Of a stretch of DNA of 64,000 bases, positions 14,433 to 27,589 are shown piece by piece (position 1 is the first letter of the stretch; each line of letters opens with the position of its first letter). The stretch is from assembly GCF_020745735.1 (NCBI RefSeq), contig NC_083433.1, forward strand, positions 2,119,363-2,183,362, read 5' to 3'. The notes below the pieces were generated by a model, which saw only the letters and a list, made by a program, of their open reading frames with translations, ran no database searches and had not been told where the DNA came from. Made by a program: the position numbers and the translations under genes. This DNA comes from Hemiscyllium ocellatum. Lineage: Eukaryota.

Positions 14433-15359
14433 GATTGTAGTCTGTTGCAGTGACTCCCCAGTGGGTAAATGACGTCATTCGCCCAGGTACAGTACAACAA
14501 AGAAAGGAAACACAACAACCAGTTTGTACATAGTATGATCCCAATAAACAATGAGGTATTTGTGACTGCTTTGTGATATTCCCTGAGGGAGGCTGGGAGG
14601 AACTTCCCACTCGGAATAGCAGTCTCCATTTGAGATGGTCTAGACTGTCCCTGGATGTGGACATAGATTCCTGATGAAGGACTTTTGTTTGAAGTGTCGA
14701 TTTTCCTGCTCCTCAGATGCTGCCTGGCCTGCTGTGCTTTTCCAGCACCACTCTAATTTAGACATGGATTACTGCTGAAGCTGCTTGATTACTGAAAAAG
14801 CCTCTTCAACGTCTGTGACATCCTTTTATTGCCATCTCTGCAAAGCAGCTCTCTAGTGTGGTGTCTAAACCCTCCTTCTCTCTCCTCAAATGCCCCCGTT
14901 CTGGCCTGGGCTGTTCTCCCATCCCAATGACCGTGCGACACCCCCCATTCTGCATCACACTGTGCAGTCTGTGCTGGGAGTCACAGGGTTCACTCACATT
15001 CAGCTCCATGTCGAATGAAGCAACAATAGACATAGACGTGAGCCTGACCTTGCTCTGGTCTTGGAGCCCAGCTCACTGCCAGCTGTGATGATAGCAATGA
15101 CACACCTGTGTGCTCATATACATCTGCTATTTTACTTGGAGTGACAGTGTCAACAGCTCTGCAACTGCTGTGACTGAGTCCCACACAGACCTTTCCACCG
15201 AACCCCACACTCTGACAGCCCCCTCACTGTCTCAGTACCTCAGTAGCATGGGCCTTCACACCTTCCCGGGCAGTCACCGCTTCCCTGCTGAATGTTGGGA
15301 CTTGGTTACACGGGAACAGAATCCCAGTAGAGGCTGCAAGTGTCCAATCAAATCCCTGA

Positions 15360-15690
15360 GTGAATGTGAGAGAGGAAGTGCATTTGTGAGAGAGAGAGAA
15401 TGTGTGTGATTGAGAGAATGAGTGTGAGCGAGTGAGTGTGTCTGTGTGTATATGTGTGTGTATGTTTGAGTGCATGTGTGTGAATATAAGTGAATTGAGT
15501 GTGACAGTGTGTGTGAGTGTGAATGTATATCAGCGAATGTGAGAGAATGTAAGAATGTGTGTGAAAGTGTAGGTGTGTGTATGTGTCTGAGTGTAAGTGT
15601 GTATCAGCATGTGTGTCTGTGAGTCTGCATGTATCTATAAGTGTGTGAGCGAGTGTGTATCTGTGTGAATGTGAGTGTGCATATGTGCTG
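15360..15690. repeat. Degenerate (TG/GA)n microsatellite
   Basis: Dinucleotide composition. Confidence 0.9.
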
Positions 15691-15812
15691 TGACACTGTT
15701 CAGGGTTTCACCATGAAGGTGGAAGCTGAGTTTAGCCCCAAAACACTCTCAGACTTTTCCAACGGAGGATAATTGCAATTGGGCAGCGAGACCAATATCA
15801 AATATCAATATC

Positions 15813-16050
15813 CCGCCTCAGGCGACTTACGTTCTCCCTGTGTCTGCGTGGGTTTCCTCTGGGTGCTCCGGTTTCCTCCCACAGTCCAAAGATGTGCAGG
15901 TCAGGTGAATTGGCCATGCTAAATTGCCCGCAGTGTTAGGTAAGGGGTAAATGTTGGGTTTTGGGTGGGTTGCGCTTCGGTGGGTCGGTGTGGACTGGTT
16001 GGGCTGAAGGGCCTGTTTCCACACTGTAATGTAATCTAATCTAATCTAAT
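15813..16050 (+). mobile_element. HE1-like SINE, 5'-truncated
   Basis: SINE body plus (aatct)n tail. Confidence 0.85.
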
Positions 16051-16378
16051 TGAACAGCAGATATGTTTGAGGGGCTGATTAGCCATTGCCTTGTACTTTT
16101 GGGAACAGGAACTCTTGCTGCAATAAAGTCCATGGGAGCTGGTGAATGTCTGTCTAGCTACACACTGAGGGATGGCCTCTGTTTCCATAGAGTATGGCTG
16201 TGTTCTGCACTCAGTGAATAACTGACTGGAGTATCCTCTCACTGACAGTCAAATTGGGGATCACTCCTTCTTCACTCACACATTTTATATTTAACAAATA
16301 TCACAGCACTCAGATTGTAAAGAGAATGCTGGAATATCCATTATAGCGCGTTAAAGAGAGGCTCTCATTCAAAGTGAG

Positions 16379-16745
16379 TGCTGCGCAGTCAGACGGTCAG
16401 TGCTGAGGGAGTGTCGCACTGTCGGAGGGTCAGTGCTGAGGGAGCGCCGCACTGTCGGAGGGTCAGTGCTGAGGGAGCGCCGCACTGTCGGAGGGTCAAT
16501 GCTGAGGGAGCGCCGCACTGTCGGAGGGTCAGTGCTGAGGGAGCGCCGCACTGTCGGAGGGTCAGTGCTGAGGGAGCGCCGCACTGTCGGAGGGTCAGTG
16601 CTGAGGGAGTGCCGCACTGTCGGAGGGTCAGTGCTGAGGGAGCGCCGCACTGTCGGAGGGTCAGTGCTGAGGGAGCGCCGCACTATTGGAGGTTCAGTGT
16701 TGAGGGAATGCCGCACTGTCGGAGGGTCAGTGCTGACGGGGCGCA
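16379..16745. repeat. 33-bp minisatellite, about 10-11 copies (gagggtcagtgctgagggagcgccgcactgtcg), with an inverted 2-unit copy at about 17000-17075
   Basis: 11-aa periodicity in the ORF track; reverse-complement units at 17000-17075. Confidence 0.93.
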
Positions 16746-17418
16746 GCAGTGTTTTTAAAGCAAAGACATATTTTTGAACAGTAAAGGAATTTGGGGTTAT
16801 GGTGAGAGGGTGAGTAATGGCCTACTCCTGCTCCTTGTTTTCATGTTGTTAAGCTTTGCGACACATTCTGAGCTGATGAAAGGCATTGTATAAATGGAGT
16901 ACCTTTACCTTCCTGAGCCCAGGACACTCTAATTCATTTGTCTGCCAGTGAAATTCTGTTTGAAGTCCCATCATTTTTGTAAAGTTGGAAATACAGCACC
17001 CCCTCAGCACTGACCCTCCGACAGTGCGGCACTCCCTCAGCACTGACCCTCCGACAGTGCGGCACTCCCTCAGCAACCAGCCAGCTCTCACCGATAACGG
17101 TGTGATAACCACCAAGTAATTTGTTTGGCTGATATTGAAACTATATTGAACACAGGGTGTCTAGATGAACACAGATGCTGTTTGGTTTATTAAATGGCTT
17201 TAACTATCCAATCCGAATGATTCTGTGCCTTTGTGAGGAGAATGAACTCACCGGATACAAGGTGGAAAATGTGGGGGATTCCTGCTCAGCTTTGTCTATC
17301 GTGTAAACAGGGCAAATTCAAGCCTCAACAGTCCCAACTTTACACCAGGATAATCATTCACATGTTCCTGAACTCCTCCCCTTTGTAACTGGCATTACAA
17401 ACTGTGTCAGACACTCTG

Positions 17419-17498
17419 TATATAAAGACCAGCATCTGAACTGAGTATAAATGCAAGTGCTCTTGGCTACCTGCCCTAGACTCAGTAGATCGTGAGAG
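17419..17498 (+). promoter_or_regulatory. Putative TATA box and non-coding exon 1 of the parvalbumin-like gene
   Basis: TATATAAA at 17419-17426 (second TATAAA at 17446) and strong donor ag|GTAAGT at 17499. Parvalbumin genes typically have a non-coding first exon. Confidence 0.6.
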
Positions 17499-17699
17499 GT
17501 AAGTGATTTTTCATCTTGTTTGCTGAATTACCTGAAGAAATGCACTGAACAGATTTCACAGCTCTCTGTGAAATGTGGGAACGAGTTAACAATGAAACTT
17601 TCTCAACAGGATTTAGATCCAAACTGTTCATCATGTTCTTCAGCAGAAGGGACTTATCTGAAGGGTTTATACTTCTCAATTAATTTTTTGTTTATGTCT

Positions 17700-18580
17700 C
17701 TCATGGGATATGGGTGTTACTGACTGGGTCAGCATTTATTCCTCATCCCTAGTTGCCCCCTTGAGAAGGTGGTGGTGAGCTGCCTTCTTGAACCGCTGCT
17801 GTCCCTGTGCTGTAGGTAGACCCACAATGTCCTCAGGGAGGGAATTCCAGGATTTTGACCCAGCGACATTGAAGGAACGGCGATGTATTTCCAAGTCAGG
17901 ATGGTGAGTGGATTGGAGGGGAACTTGCAGGGAGTACTGTTCCCATGTTTCTGCTGCCCTTGTCCTTTGAGATGGAAGTGGTCATGGATTTGGAAGGATC
18001 TGAGGATCTTCGGTGAATTTTTGCAGTGTATCTTTAAGATGGTGCACCGTGCTGCTGCTGAGTGTCGGTGATGGAGGGAGGGGATGTTTGTGGATGTGGT
18101 GTCAATCAAGTGGTCTGCTTTGTCCTGGATGGTTTCAAGCTTCTTGAGTGTTGTTGGGGCTGCACCCATCCAGGTTAGTGGGGAGTATTCCTCCAGGTTA
18201 GTGGGGAGTATTCCTCCAGGTTAGTGGGGAGTATTCCCTCACCTGGACTTGTGCCTTGTAGATAGTGAACAGGCTTTGGCGAGTCTGCAGGAATATTACC
18301 TGCCACAATATTCCCAGCCTTTTACCCACTTTTGCAGCTACTGTGTTTATGTGGTGGGTCCAGTTGCGTGCCTGGCCAATGGTAACCCCCACGATGTTGA
18401 TAGTGGAGGAATCAGTGATGGTACCAACATTGAATGTCAAGGGGTAGTGATTAGATTGTATCCTGTTGGAGATAATCATTGCCTGGCATTTGTGTGGAGT
18501 GAATGTTACTTGCCATTTGTCAGCCCAAGCCTGGATATTGTCCAGAACTTGCTGCATTTGAACATGGACTGCTTCAGTAT
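17700..18580 (-). mobile_element. CR1/L2-clade LINE 3' fragment (second family)
   Basis: ORFs 18198-18557 (QAWADKWQVTF) and 17729-18169 (GAAPTTLKKLETIQDKA). Related copy at 59100-60350. Confidence 0.8.
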
Positions 18581-18851
18581 TTTAATTACAGAAACACAGG
18601 ATTATTCAGAATCTCACTGATGATGAGGAGTTCATTGCAGCTTTGTGTTCCCTGTGAGATTCATGGAAACTGCAGTGAGGTCTGAGGGAGAGTGTGAAAG
18701 TAACTAGAGAGCCAGAGAGAGAAACGTTACTACTGAGGGTAATCGGAGAGAACGTTAAGGGTTCAGATGTGTTCAGTGAATAAATACAACAGGCAGGTTG
18801 TCTCAGCTTGTTCTGGACAGTAATGTGTGTGATCACATTAACAGGATTGCA

Positions 18852-18912
18852 ATGAAGATCACAGATTTCCTCCTTGCTGGGGATGTGGCTGCTGCTCTTG
18901 CTGAATGTAAAG
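18852..18912 (+). CDS. Parvalbumin-like coding exon 1
   Basis: acag|gattgcaATG ... AAA G|gtaag. Confidence 0.92.
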
Positions 18913-21900
18913 GTAAGACCGTACCTTGGGGCTCTGCTAAAACTCTCCTGTTCAGCGATGTTCCTGTCACAGCATTCTCAACTCCTTGGTCTGTCTGTGA
19001 GAGCATACTGAGGCTGATCTCCCCTTCCCCTGGAGCTCAGGGTCAGTGCTCCTCAATGGATAACAGCCCTTAAGACCATAAGAGTTGGAGCAGAAATTAA
19101 GCCATTCAGCCCATCGAGTCTGCGCTGCCACTCAATCATGGCTGATAAGTTTCTCAACCTCATTCTCCTGCTTTCTCCCTGTAATCCGTGATCCCCTTGA
19201 TACTCAAATACTTCTCGATCTCAGTCTTAGATATACTCAATGACCAGGGCTCCACAGCCATCTGTGGTGATGAATTCCGTAGATTCCCCACTCTCTGGGT
19301 CAGTTCTCCTCAATGGGATTGCAATGCTGCCCCATGGGTCCACATAAACTGCAGAAGGAGCTCACAGGTCACTGACCACAGCGGTCATCTGTAACTGCAG
19401 CATTACAGAGCCTTGTCTCACTCTCTGGGTCTATACTCAATGGAGTTGAGAAGGGTGAGGTATCATACAGAAGACTGAATGGCCTGGACAGAGTGGATGT
19501 TGGGAAGATGTTTCCGATGGTAGGAGAGATTAGGATCCAAGGGCACAGCCTTAGAGTAAAGGGAAGACCTTTCAGAACGGAGATAAGGGGAAACTTCTTC
19601 AGCCAGAGAGTGGGGAATCGATGGAATTCACAGCCACAGAAGGCTGTGGAGCCCTGGTCATTGAGTATATCTAAGACTGAGATCGAGAGGTTCTGGAGTA
19701 TCAAGGGTGACAGGGAGAAAGCAGGAGAATGGGGTTGAGAAATTTATCAGCCACGCTAGAATGGTGGAGCCGACTCGATGGGCTCAATGGCCTAATTTCT
19801 GCTCCAAATCTTATGGTCTCGTGGACTCTAAACTGATGTGGAGACATTGCCAACTGTATTTCTTTAACAATATGATCAACAATTGATTGACTCTGCTCAC
19901 ACACTGAGATCATCTAACTCAGCTCAATGCTGAAGGCTTTTCAATATATACAGCTCAACATCCCTACCTGTATCACCCTGACCCTGTGTGTAACACTGAC
20001 CCTGAATCAGCCTGACCCTGTGTGTAACACTGACCCTGTATTACTCTGACCCTGTGTGTAACACTAACCCTGTATCACCCTGACCCTGTGTGTAACACAC
20101 TGACCCTGTATCAGCCTGACCCTGTGTGTAACACTGACCCTGTATCAGCCTGACCCTGTGTGTAACACTGACCCTGTATTACTCTGACCCTGTGTGTAAC
20201 ACTAACCCTGTATCACCCTGACCCTGTGTGTAACACACTGACCCTGTATCAGCCTGACCCTGTGTGTAACACTGACCCTGTATCAGCCTGACCCTGTGTG
20301 TAACACTGACCCTGTATTACTCTGACCCTGTGTGTAACACTAACCCTGTATCACCCTGACCCTGTGTGTAACACACTGACCCTGTATCAGCCTGACCCTG
20401 TGTGTAACACTGACCCTGTATCAGCCTGACCCTGTGTCACCCTGACACTAACACACTGACCCTGAATCACTCTGACCCTGTATGTAACACTGACCCTGTG
20501 TCACCCTGACCCTGAATCACTCTGACCCTGTGTGTAACACACTGACCCTGTATCATCCTGACCCCGTGTGTAACACACTGACCCTGTATCACCCTGACCC
20601 TGTGTGTAACACTGACCCTGTATCACCCTGACCCTGTGTGTTATACACTGAGGAGAAAGTGAGGTCTGCAGATGCTGGAGATCAGAGCTGAAAATGTGTC
20701 ACTAGAAAAGCGCAGCAGGTCAGGCAGCATCCAAGGAACAGGAAATTCGACGTTTTGGGCATAAGCCCTTCCTGATGAAGGGCTTATGCCCGAAACGTTG
20801 AATTTCTGTTCCTTGGATGCTGCCTGACCTGCTGCGCTTTTCCTGTAATACACTGACCCTGTATCACCCTGACCCTGTGTGTAACACACTGACCCTGTAT
20901 CACTCTGACCCTGTGTGTAACACTAACCCTGTATCACCCTGACCCTGTGTGTAACACTGACCCTGTATCACACTGACCCTGTGTATAACACTGACACTGT
21001 ATCACCCTGACCCTGTGTGTAACACCCTGACACTGTAAACACCCTGACCCTGTGTGTAATGCTGACCCTGTGTCACCCTGACACTGTGTAACACACTGAC
21101 CCTGTGTGTAACATTGACACTGTGCCACCCTGATCCTGTGTGTAACACTGACCCCATATCACCTTGAACCTGTGTGTAACACAGACTCTGTGACACCCTG
21201 ACCCTGTGTGTAACACTGACCCTGTGTCACCCTGACCCTGTGTGTAACGCTGACCCTGTGTGTAACACAGACCCTGTGACACCCTGACCCTGTGTGTAAA
21301 GCTGACCCTGTGTCACCCTGACCCTGTATCACCCTGATCCTGGGTGTAACACTGATCCTGTGTGTAACGCTGACCCTGTGTCACCCTGACCCTGTGTGTA
21401 ACACTGACCCTGTGTCACCCTGACTCTGTGTGTAACGCTGACCCTGTGTGTAACACAGACCCTGTGACACCCTGACCCTGTGTGTAACGCTGACCCTGTG
21501 TCACCCTGACCCTATGTGTAACACTGACCCTGTATCACCCTGACCCTGGGTGTAACACTGATCCTGTGTGTAATGCTGACCCTGTGTCACCCTGATCCTG
21601 TGTGTAACACTGACCCTGTGTGTAACATTGACACTGTGTCTCCCTGATCCTGTGTGTAACACCCTGACACTGTAAACACCCTGACCCTGTGTGTAACACT
21701 GACCCCATTTCACCTTGACCCTGTGTGTAACACTGACCCTGTGTCACCCTGACCCTGTGTGTAATACTGAACCTGTGTGTAACACGGACCCTGTATCACA
21801 CTGACCCTGTATCACCCTGATCACGTGTGTAACACTGACCCTGTATCACCCTGACCCTGTGTGTAACGCTGACCCTGTGTCACCCTGACCCTGTGTGTAA

Positions 21901-24746
21901 CACTGACCCTGTATCACCCTGACCCTGTGTGTAACGCTGACCCTGTGTCACCCTGACCCTGTGTGTAACGCTGACCCTGTATCACCCTGACCCTGGGTGT
22001 AACACTGATCCTGTGTGTAACGCTGACCCTGTGTGTAACATTGACACTATGTCACCCTGATCCAGTGTGTAACACCCTGATACTGTAAACACCCTGACCC
22101 TGTGTGTAACACTGACCCCGTATCACCTTGACCCTGTGTGTAACACTGACCCTGTGTGTAACGCTGACCCTGTGTCACCCGGACATTGTGTAACACACTG
22201 ACCCTGTGTCACCCTGACCCTGTGTGTAATACTGAACCTGTGTGTAACACGGACCCTGTATTACACTGACCCTGTATCACCCTGACCCTGTGTGTAACAC
22301 TGACCCCGTATCACCTTGACCCTGTGTGTAACACGGACCCTGTATCACACTGACCCTGTACCACCCTGATCACGTGTGTAACATTGACCCTGTATCACCC
22401 TGACCCTGTGTGTAACGCTGACCCTGTGTCACCCCGACATTGTGTAACACACTGACCCTGTGTCACCCTGACCCTGTGTGTAATACTGAACCTGTGTGTA
22501 ACACGGACCCTGTATCACACTGACCCTGTATCACCCTGATCACGTGTGTAACACTGACCCTGTATCATCCTGACCCTGTGTGTAACGCTGACCCTGTATC
22601 ACACTGACACTGTATCACCCTGACCCTGTGTGTAATACTGACCCTGTATCACACTGACCCTGTGTGTAACACTGACCCTGTATCACCCTGTTCCCGTGTG
22701 AAACACACTGACCCTGTGTCACCCTGACCCTGTGTGTAACACTGACCCTGTATCACCCTGTTCCCGTATGTAACACACTGACCCTGTATCACTCTGACCG
22801 TGTGTAACGCTGACCCTGTGTGTAACACACTGACCCTGTGTTAACCTGATCCTGTGTGTAACACACTGACCCTGTGTGTAACACTGACCCTGTATCACCC
22901 TGACCCTGTGTGTAAACTGATCCTGTGTCACCCTGACCCTGTGTGTAACACACTGGCCCTGTATCACCTTGACCCAGTGTGTAACACTGACTCTGTGTGT
23001 AACACTGATCCTGTATCACCCTGATGCCGTGTGTAACACACTGACCCTATGTCACCCTGACCCTGTGTGTAACACTGACCGTGTCACCCTGACCCTGTGT
23101 GTAACACTGACCCTGAATCACCCTGACCCTGTGTGTAACACTGACCTTGTATCACCCTGACCCTGTGTGTAACACTCTCACCCTGTGTGTAACACTGACC
23201 CTGTGACACCCTGACCCTGTGTATAACACCCTGACCATGTGTATAATACTCTGAGCCTGTGTGTTATGCACGTATCTGAGATTATGTTCAGTTTAATTTT
23301 TTGTTTAAAGTTCCCAGTTTAAATGCATTGTAGCCGATGACGTTTAGTGCATAGCTCTCTGCTCCTTTGTACAGGCTGGTTTGATGCGATGAAAAAGACT
23401 GTGAGCAATCCCTCTCTATAGGAAGTTTCTCAGGTGCTCTTCTCTGACCAACTTTGTCCTCTTTCAGATCCTGGCTCCTTCCAGCTCAAGAAATTCTGCA
23501 AAACCTCCGGCTTGGCAAAAAGATCTGTGAAAGAAATTGAGCAAATCTTTGCAATTCTTGATGACGACAAGAGTGGCTTCATTGAGAAAAGTGAACTCAA
23601 GTAGGAACTTATTCACTTCTGTCTAAATGTTAACATAGTACACTGACAGGGTCAAGGACAGGGAATGACCCTGAAGACAGGGAGTGTAACAGGGAAAACG
23701 GGAAAGCTTCACACTGCGATGGATCCTCCCTGTCCTGACAGCTGCTGATAAATGTACTGTAAACACCAGCAGGGTACCCAATGATCACAGCCCAGACGTA
23801 CATATCACACAAATATACACACTCAGCTCCTGACCAACTGTGTTATTCTCTCTTAGGGGTTTGATGCAGGGCTCATCTGATTTTTTTTCATTAAAGGTCG
23901 TTCCTCCAGTATTTCGTTCCTCAGGCCCGTAAGTTGAGTGACTCCGAGATGGACAGTTTTGTATCAGCAGGAGATGCAGATGGAGATGGGAAAATCAATC
24001 TTTCTGGTCAGTGTTTACACCTTTACAAATAACTCACTTATCGTTCAGTTTCTAACCATACGCAGACTTTGCCAGAATTACTGAGACTCTAAGCAGGAGG
24101 GTGTTTATCAGAGAAATGATAGGGATGCACGATTATTTCACAATGTAATTGTGACACAGGTTTGTGTTATTTCCCTCATTTCATTCCACCATCCCAGAAG
24201 GGTCTGACTCTCACTGGGATACAGTTCCTGAAGGGGCTGACTCTCATTGGGATACGGTTCCTGAAGGGGCTGACTCTCACTGGGATACAGTTCCTGAAGG
24301 TACTGACTCTCACTGGGATACAGTGACTGAAGGTACTGACTCTCACTGGGATACAGTTCCTGAAGGGGCTGACTCTCACTGGGATACGGTTCCTGAAGGG
24401 GCTGACTCTCATGGGATACGGTTCCTGAAGGGGCTGTCTCTCACTGGGATACAGTTCCTGAAGGTACTGACTCTCACTGGGATACAGTTCCTGAAGGGGC
24501 TGACTCTCACTGGGATACAGATCCTGAAGGGGCTGATTCTCACTGGGACACAGTTCCTGGAGGGGCTGACTCTCACTGGGGTACAGTTTCTAAATGGTCT
24601 GTAGTCAGTGGGTGTATGTGCTGTGTCTTTATCATTATCACTCCCTAATTCTGGGTTAGGAATGGAACAGAAATTATTGCCAGTAACAAACAAGTGACAG
24701 TAGCTGTCCTGAAATTGCAGAATTCCAGAATCTGCTCACTGCTTAA
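18852..24746 (+). CDS. Oncomodulin/beta-parvalbumin-like EF-hand Ca2+-binding protein, 109 aa; CDS join(18852-18912,23468-23600,23897-24006,24721-24746)
   Basis: Spliced translation MKITDFLLAGDVAAALAECKDPGSFQLKKFCKTSGLAKRSVKEIEQIFAILDDDKSGFIEKSELKSFLQYFVPQARKLSDSEMDSFVSAGDADGDGKINLSEFQNLLTA*. All introns are GT-AG. Exon sizes 61/133/110/26 match the parvalbumin layout. AATAAA at 24908. Confidence 0.95.
19967..23260. repeat. 3.3-kb intronic minisatellite built from ctgaccctgtgtgtaaca and ctgaccctgtatcacc modules (about 33-34 bp composite), interrupted at 20650-20843 by an inverted hammerhead-bearing repeat
   Basis: Directly visible tandem array. Confidence 0.97.
23468..23600 (+). CDS. Parvalbumin-like coding exon 2 (CD EF-hand DDDKSGFIEKSE)
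   Basis: tttcag|ATC ... CTCAA|gtagg; 133 nt. Confidence 0.95.
23897..24006 (+). CDS. Parvalbumin-like coding exon 3 (EF EF-hand DADGDGKINLS)
   Basis: taaag|GTCG ... TCTG|gtcag; 110 nt. Confidence 0.95.
24195..24595. repeat. 33-bp minisatellite x~12 (ctgactctcactgggatacagttcctgaagggg) in the last parvalbumin intron
   Basis: 11-aa periodic ORF DSHWDTVPEGA. Confidence 0.95.
24721..24746 (+). CDS. Parvalbumin-like last coding exon (EFQNLLTA*)
   Basis: ttgcag|AATTCCAG...TAA; poly(A) signal at 24908-24913. Confidence 0.92.
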
Positions 24747-25949
24747 GGAGAATTGAAGTGCAGACCAGCGGAGTGTCTACATCTGAGGAACCTGCTGCTG
24801 GATGTGTGCCCTACCATTTGCTGGACACTGACGGTGTGATCGCTGCTTCTACAATGTTAACCTGGTCACTAACCTCTTCATTTGTGGTGATTCAGTTCAT
24901 TCACAATAATAAAAGTGTCTTTTTGAATTCTTGATCAGTTTTACTTTGTGACTGGGAATGATGAGTGAGAAATGGGTGGGGCTATGTGGTGCAGGGATAA
25001 CTGGGTGACTTGGAGACGATCCTGAGTTACCGTCACTGAGAACACGGTGCAAACTGAGAAATGTGTCTGAATTCCACTCACACTGGTTACCGGCTGTGAA
25101 CCCCATCTAACTGTCAGCTTCAGCCGTCAGTAACGTGATTAAATCTGATGTTCCTGTCCCCTACTAATGATCTGTTTGAATCACTTGCTGTGATAAAAAG
25201 CTTCAGAATGGCTTACCCTGAAGATATCAGGAGAATGCCAAAACTGAGGATACTTTGTAAAGACAGAGGAACTAGAGGTCATTCAGCCCCTTGAGGCCAT
25301 TCTACCATTTGTAGGTGACCTCTGTCTAACCTCTAGCTGCCCTAGTTCTATATCTGTCAATATTCTTCATATCAAAATCCTCAAGATCTCAGCTTTTCAG
25401 TTGTTACCTAACTCCCAGCTTCTTGTGAAGTTTTAGATCCTGTTCCTTGGTCCAGACCGCGCTCAAATTTTAAAACCTCTTCTCGATTCGTCCTCCCACA
25501 CCAAGGAAATATTTTATTCAAAAGAACACAAATTAACTCGAAATGGTAACTTTTTCCACAAATGCTGCCAGACCTGCTGAGTTTCTCAGGCTCCTTCTCA
25601 CTTTATTTCAGATCTCCAACACCTGCAGTATTTTATTTTTGTCATAAAGGAAATAATTTCTCAGTCTGCTCCCATCAATACACCATTCGATTGGTCCACG
25701 TTTCTTTTATTTTTAAACTTTCCCACGGAGCCCTCCTCTTTCTAAAACACTTGTGCCCTAATCTTCCAACTCAGGCTCAGTCAATGCAACTGTTGGCTTT
25801 ATTCCCCATCTCTTCATTGGAGGTCTAGGAGAGGGGACAATGTTTGTGACTGGTGATGGATAGGAAACAAGCAGCCAATCTTACACAGAGATACTAAGGC
25901 CAACGTAATGGTCCCTGGTCCCGGCAGATTATTCAGAGTGGATCAATGA

Positions 25950-26622
25950 GGTATTGCGTTCACCATCTGGAAAAACTCACAAAGTCAACAGGGAACTCCA
26001 GTATGTTTATTACGGTTTATAATCAAAATAGAACAAGGTTCAAAGATGCAGACAATAAGTACATAATGCACAAGATTCTGCATCTGCACTGGGAAGACAG
26101 ATACACAACACCAGTGTCCTCGACCAGGCCACCATCCCCAGAATCGAGGCACTGACATCCCGTGACCCCCACACCCTGACAGGCTGCGATGGTCTGGCCA
26201 CATCGACCCCATGACCAACATGAGACTTCCCAAATAGGTGCTCTACTCCCAGCTCCGAAAGAGCAGGTGAGCCCCAGGGTGGATAGAGGGAATGCTTCAG
26301 GGGTATCCTCAAGGCCTCACTGACAAAGTGCAGCATTCCCACAGACATCTGGGAAGCACTGGGCCAGGAGTGTCCAAAGTGGGGGAGCAGCATCCAGGAA
26401 GATGTTTGAGCACCTTGAGACGTTCCAGCAGGGAAAAACTAGAACCAGGCAAAAGCATCGTGCTGGCACACTAAGGCTCCACCCATGCCTCCTCGCCACC
26501 ACCTTACCCAAGTGTAACAGAGCCTGCCATAGTCCGATCAGTCTGTACAGCCCCACAGACTCACCCTGAGAACAGAACAGCATCACCCTTGTCTGTGAAG
26601 GAGCCCCAGTGATGATGATGAC
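25950..26622 (+). mobile_element. RTE-clade LINE 3' fragment
   Basis: KILHLHWEDR.., RLRWSGH.., RLPK.VLYS.L motifs typical of the RTE C-terminus; (gat)n tail at about 26610. Confidence 0.75.
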
Positions 26623-27589
26623 ATTATGGAATGTATGATTAAAACTACTCAGCCCGTGCAGTGATGGTATTTGTGGTCTGCAGCCACAATGTTACATGTA
26701 TTTGATAATCAGCAATATGATCAAACCTACCGAGCTGAGGAGGTCCAAAGCGAGGTTAATGAGTAGAGTAGGCTTTTATTGGGTGTTGGTCAGCAAACAC
26801 TGGACCCGCCCTTTGATTGGAATCGGGAGACAGGGAAGACCTCCTGACCTCCCACCTCCCCAAAGGTGTGGATGTGGGAGGAGATTCCGGACCCACCCTG
26901 AACTGCTATTAAAACCTCATCAGCAAGTCTTTGGTTATCATCACTCAATGCTCTATTTACAGAAAAAAATTCTCAACAAGTTAGATAAATGCAAAACATT
27001 TGAGATTATAATTAAATGCCTTTCCTCTAACAGCTAAACAATCTAAAAAAAACACTGCAATCCCTTTCATACATTTAATCAGCTACCTGAACCACGTGAC
27101 AATTTCCACTGAGAGGATTGGTCCTGCGGAATTCAATTGGACAGGAGTGCTGGAACACTTGCCATATGTCCTGCAATCCCATTGGTCAAGCTAATCAAAG
27201 CCTTGGCGCTGAGCCAATGAAGAGTAACCAATTAATGGTCACCACGAGACACTATCGTCCAATAGGAATGGGGAGTCACAAATTACCACTTCTTTTAACC
27301 AGCTTGAAATTAAGCATAAGGGAATATATTCAAACATTGGAATGTTCAAAGGAATGTAGGAGAATGAAATGACACTGAGTGCCCAGTGCCAGCCCTTTGT
27401 CACAGACAGATGGAGCATGTTCAAAAGGGGAGGGCACTCTAAACTGGTCCCAGGCTCCATCACTGAGAAAATCCTTGGTCGTGCAGTTTGCAAATACTCA
27501 TCGAAAGTTTATCACATTGAACTAGGTCTGGAATGAACAATTCTGAGATTTTTCAAATTTCTGTCAAGACTGGGCAGGATTTAGAATCA

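Noticed and set aside
13828-14664. 278-aa Ser/Leu/Pro-rich ORF
   Set aside because: Translation of a polypyrimidine low-complexity tract
24164-24604. Regular 33-bp repeats resembling a CRISPR array or a repetitive protein (also 16369-16777)
   Set aside because: No unique spacers, eukaryotic intronic or intergenic context; the ORFs are by-products of a period divisible by 3
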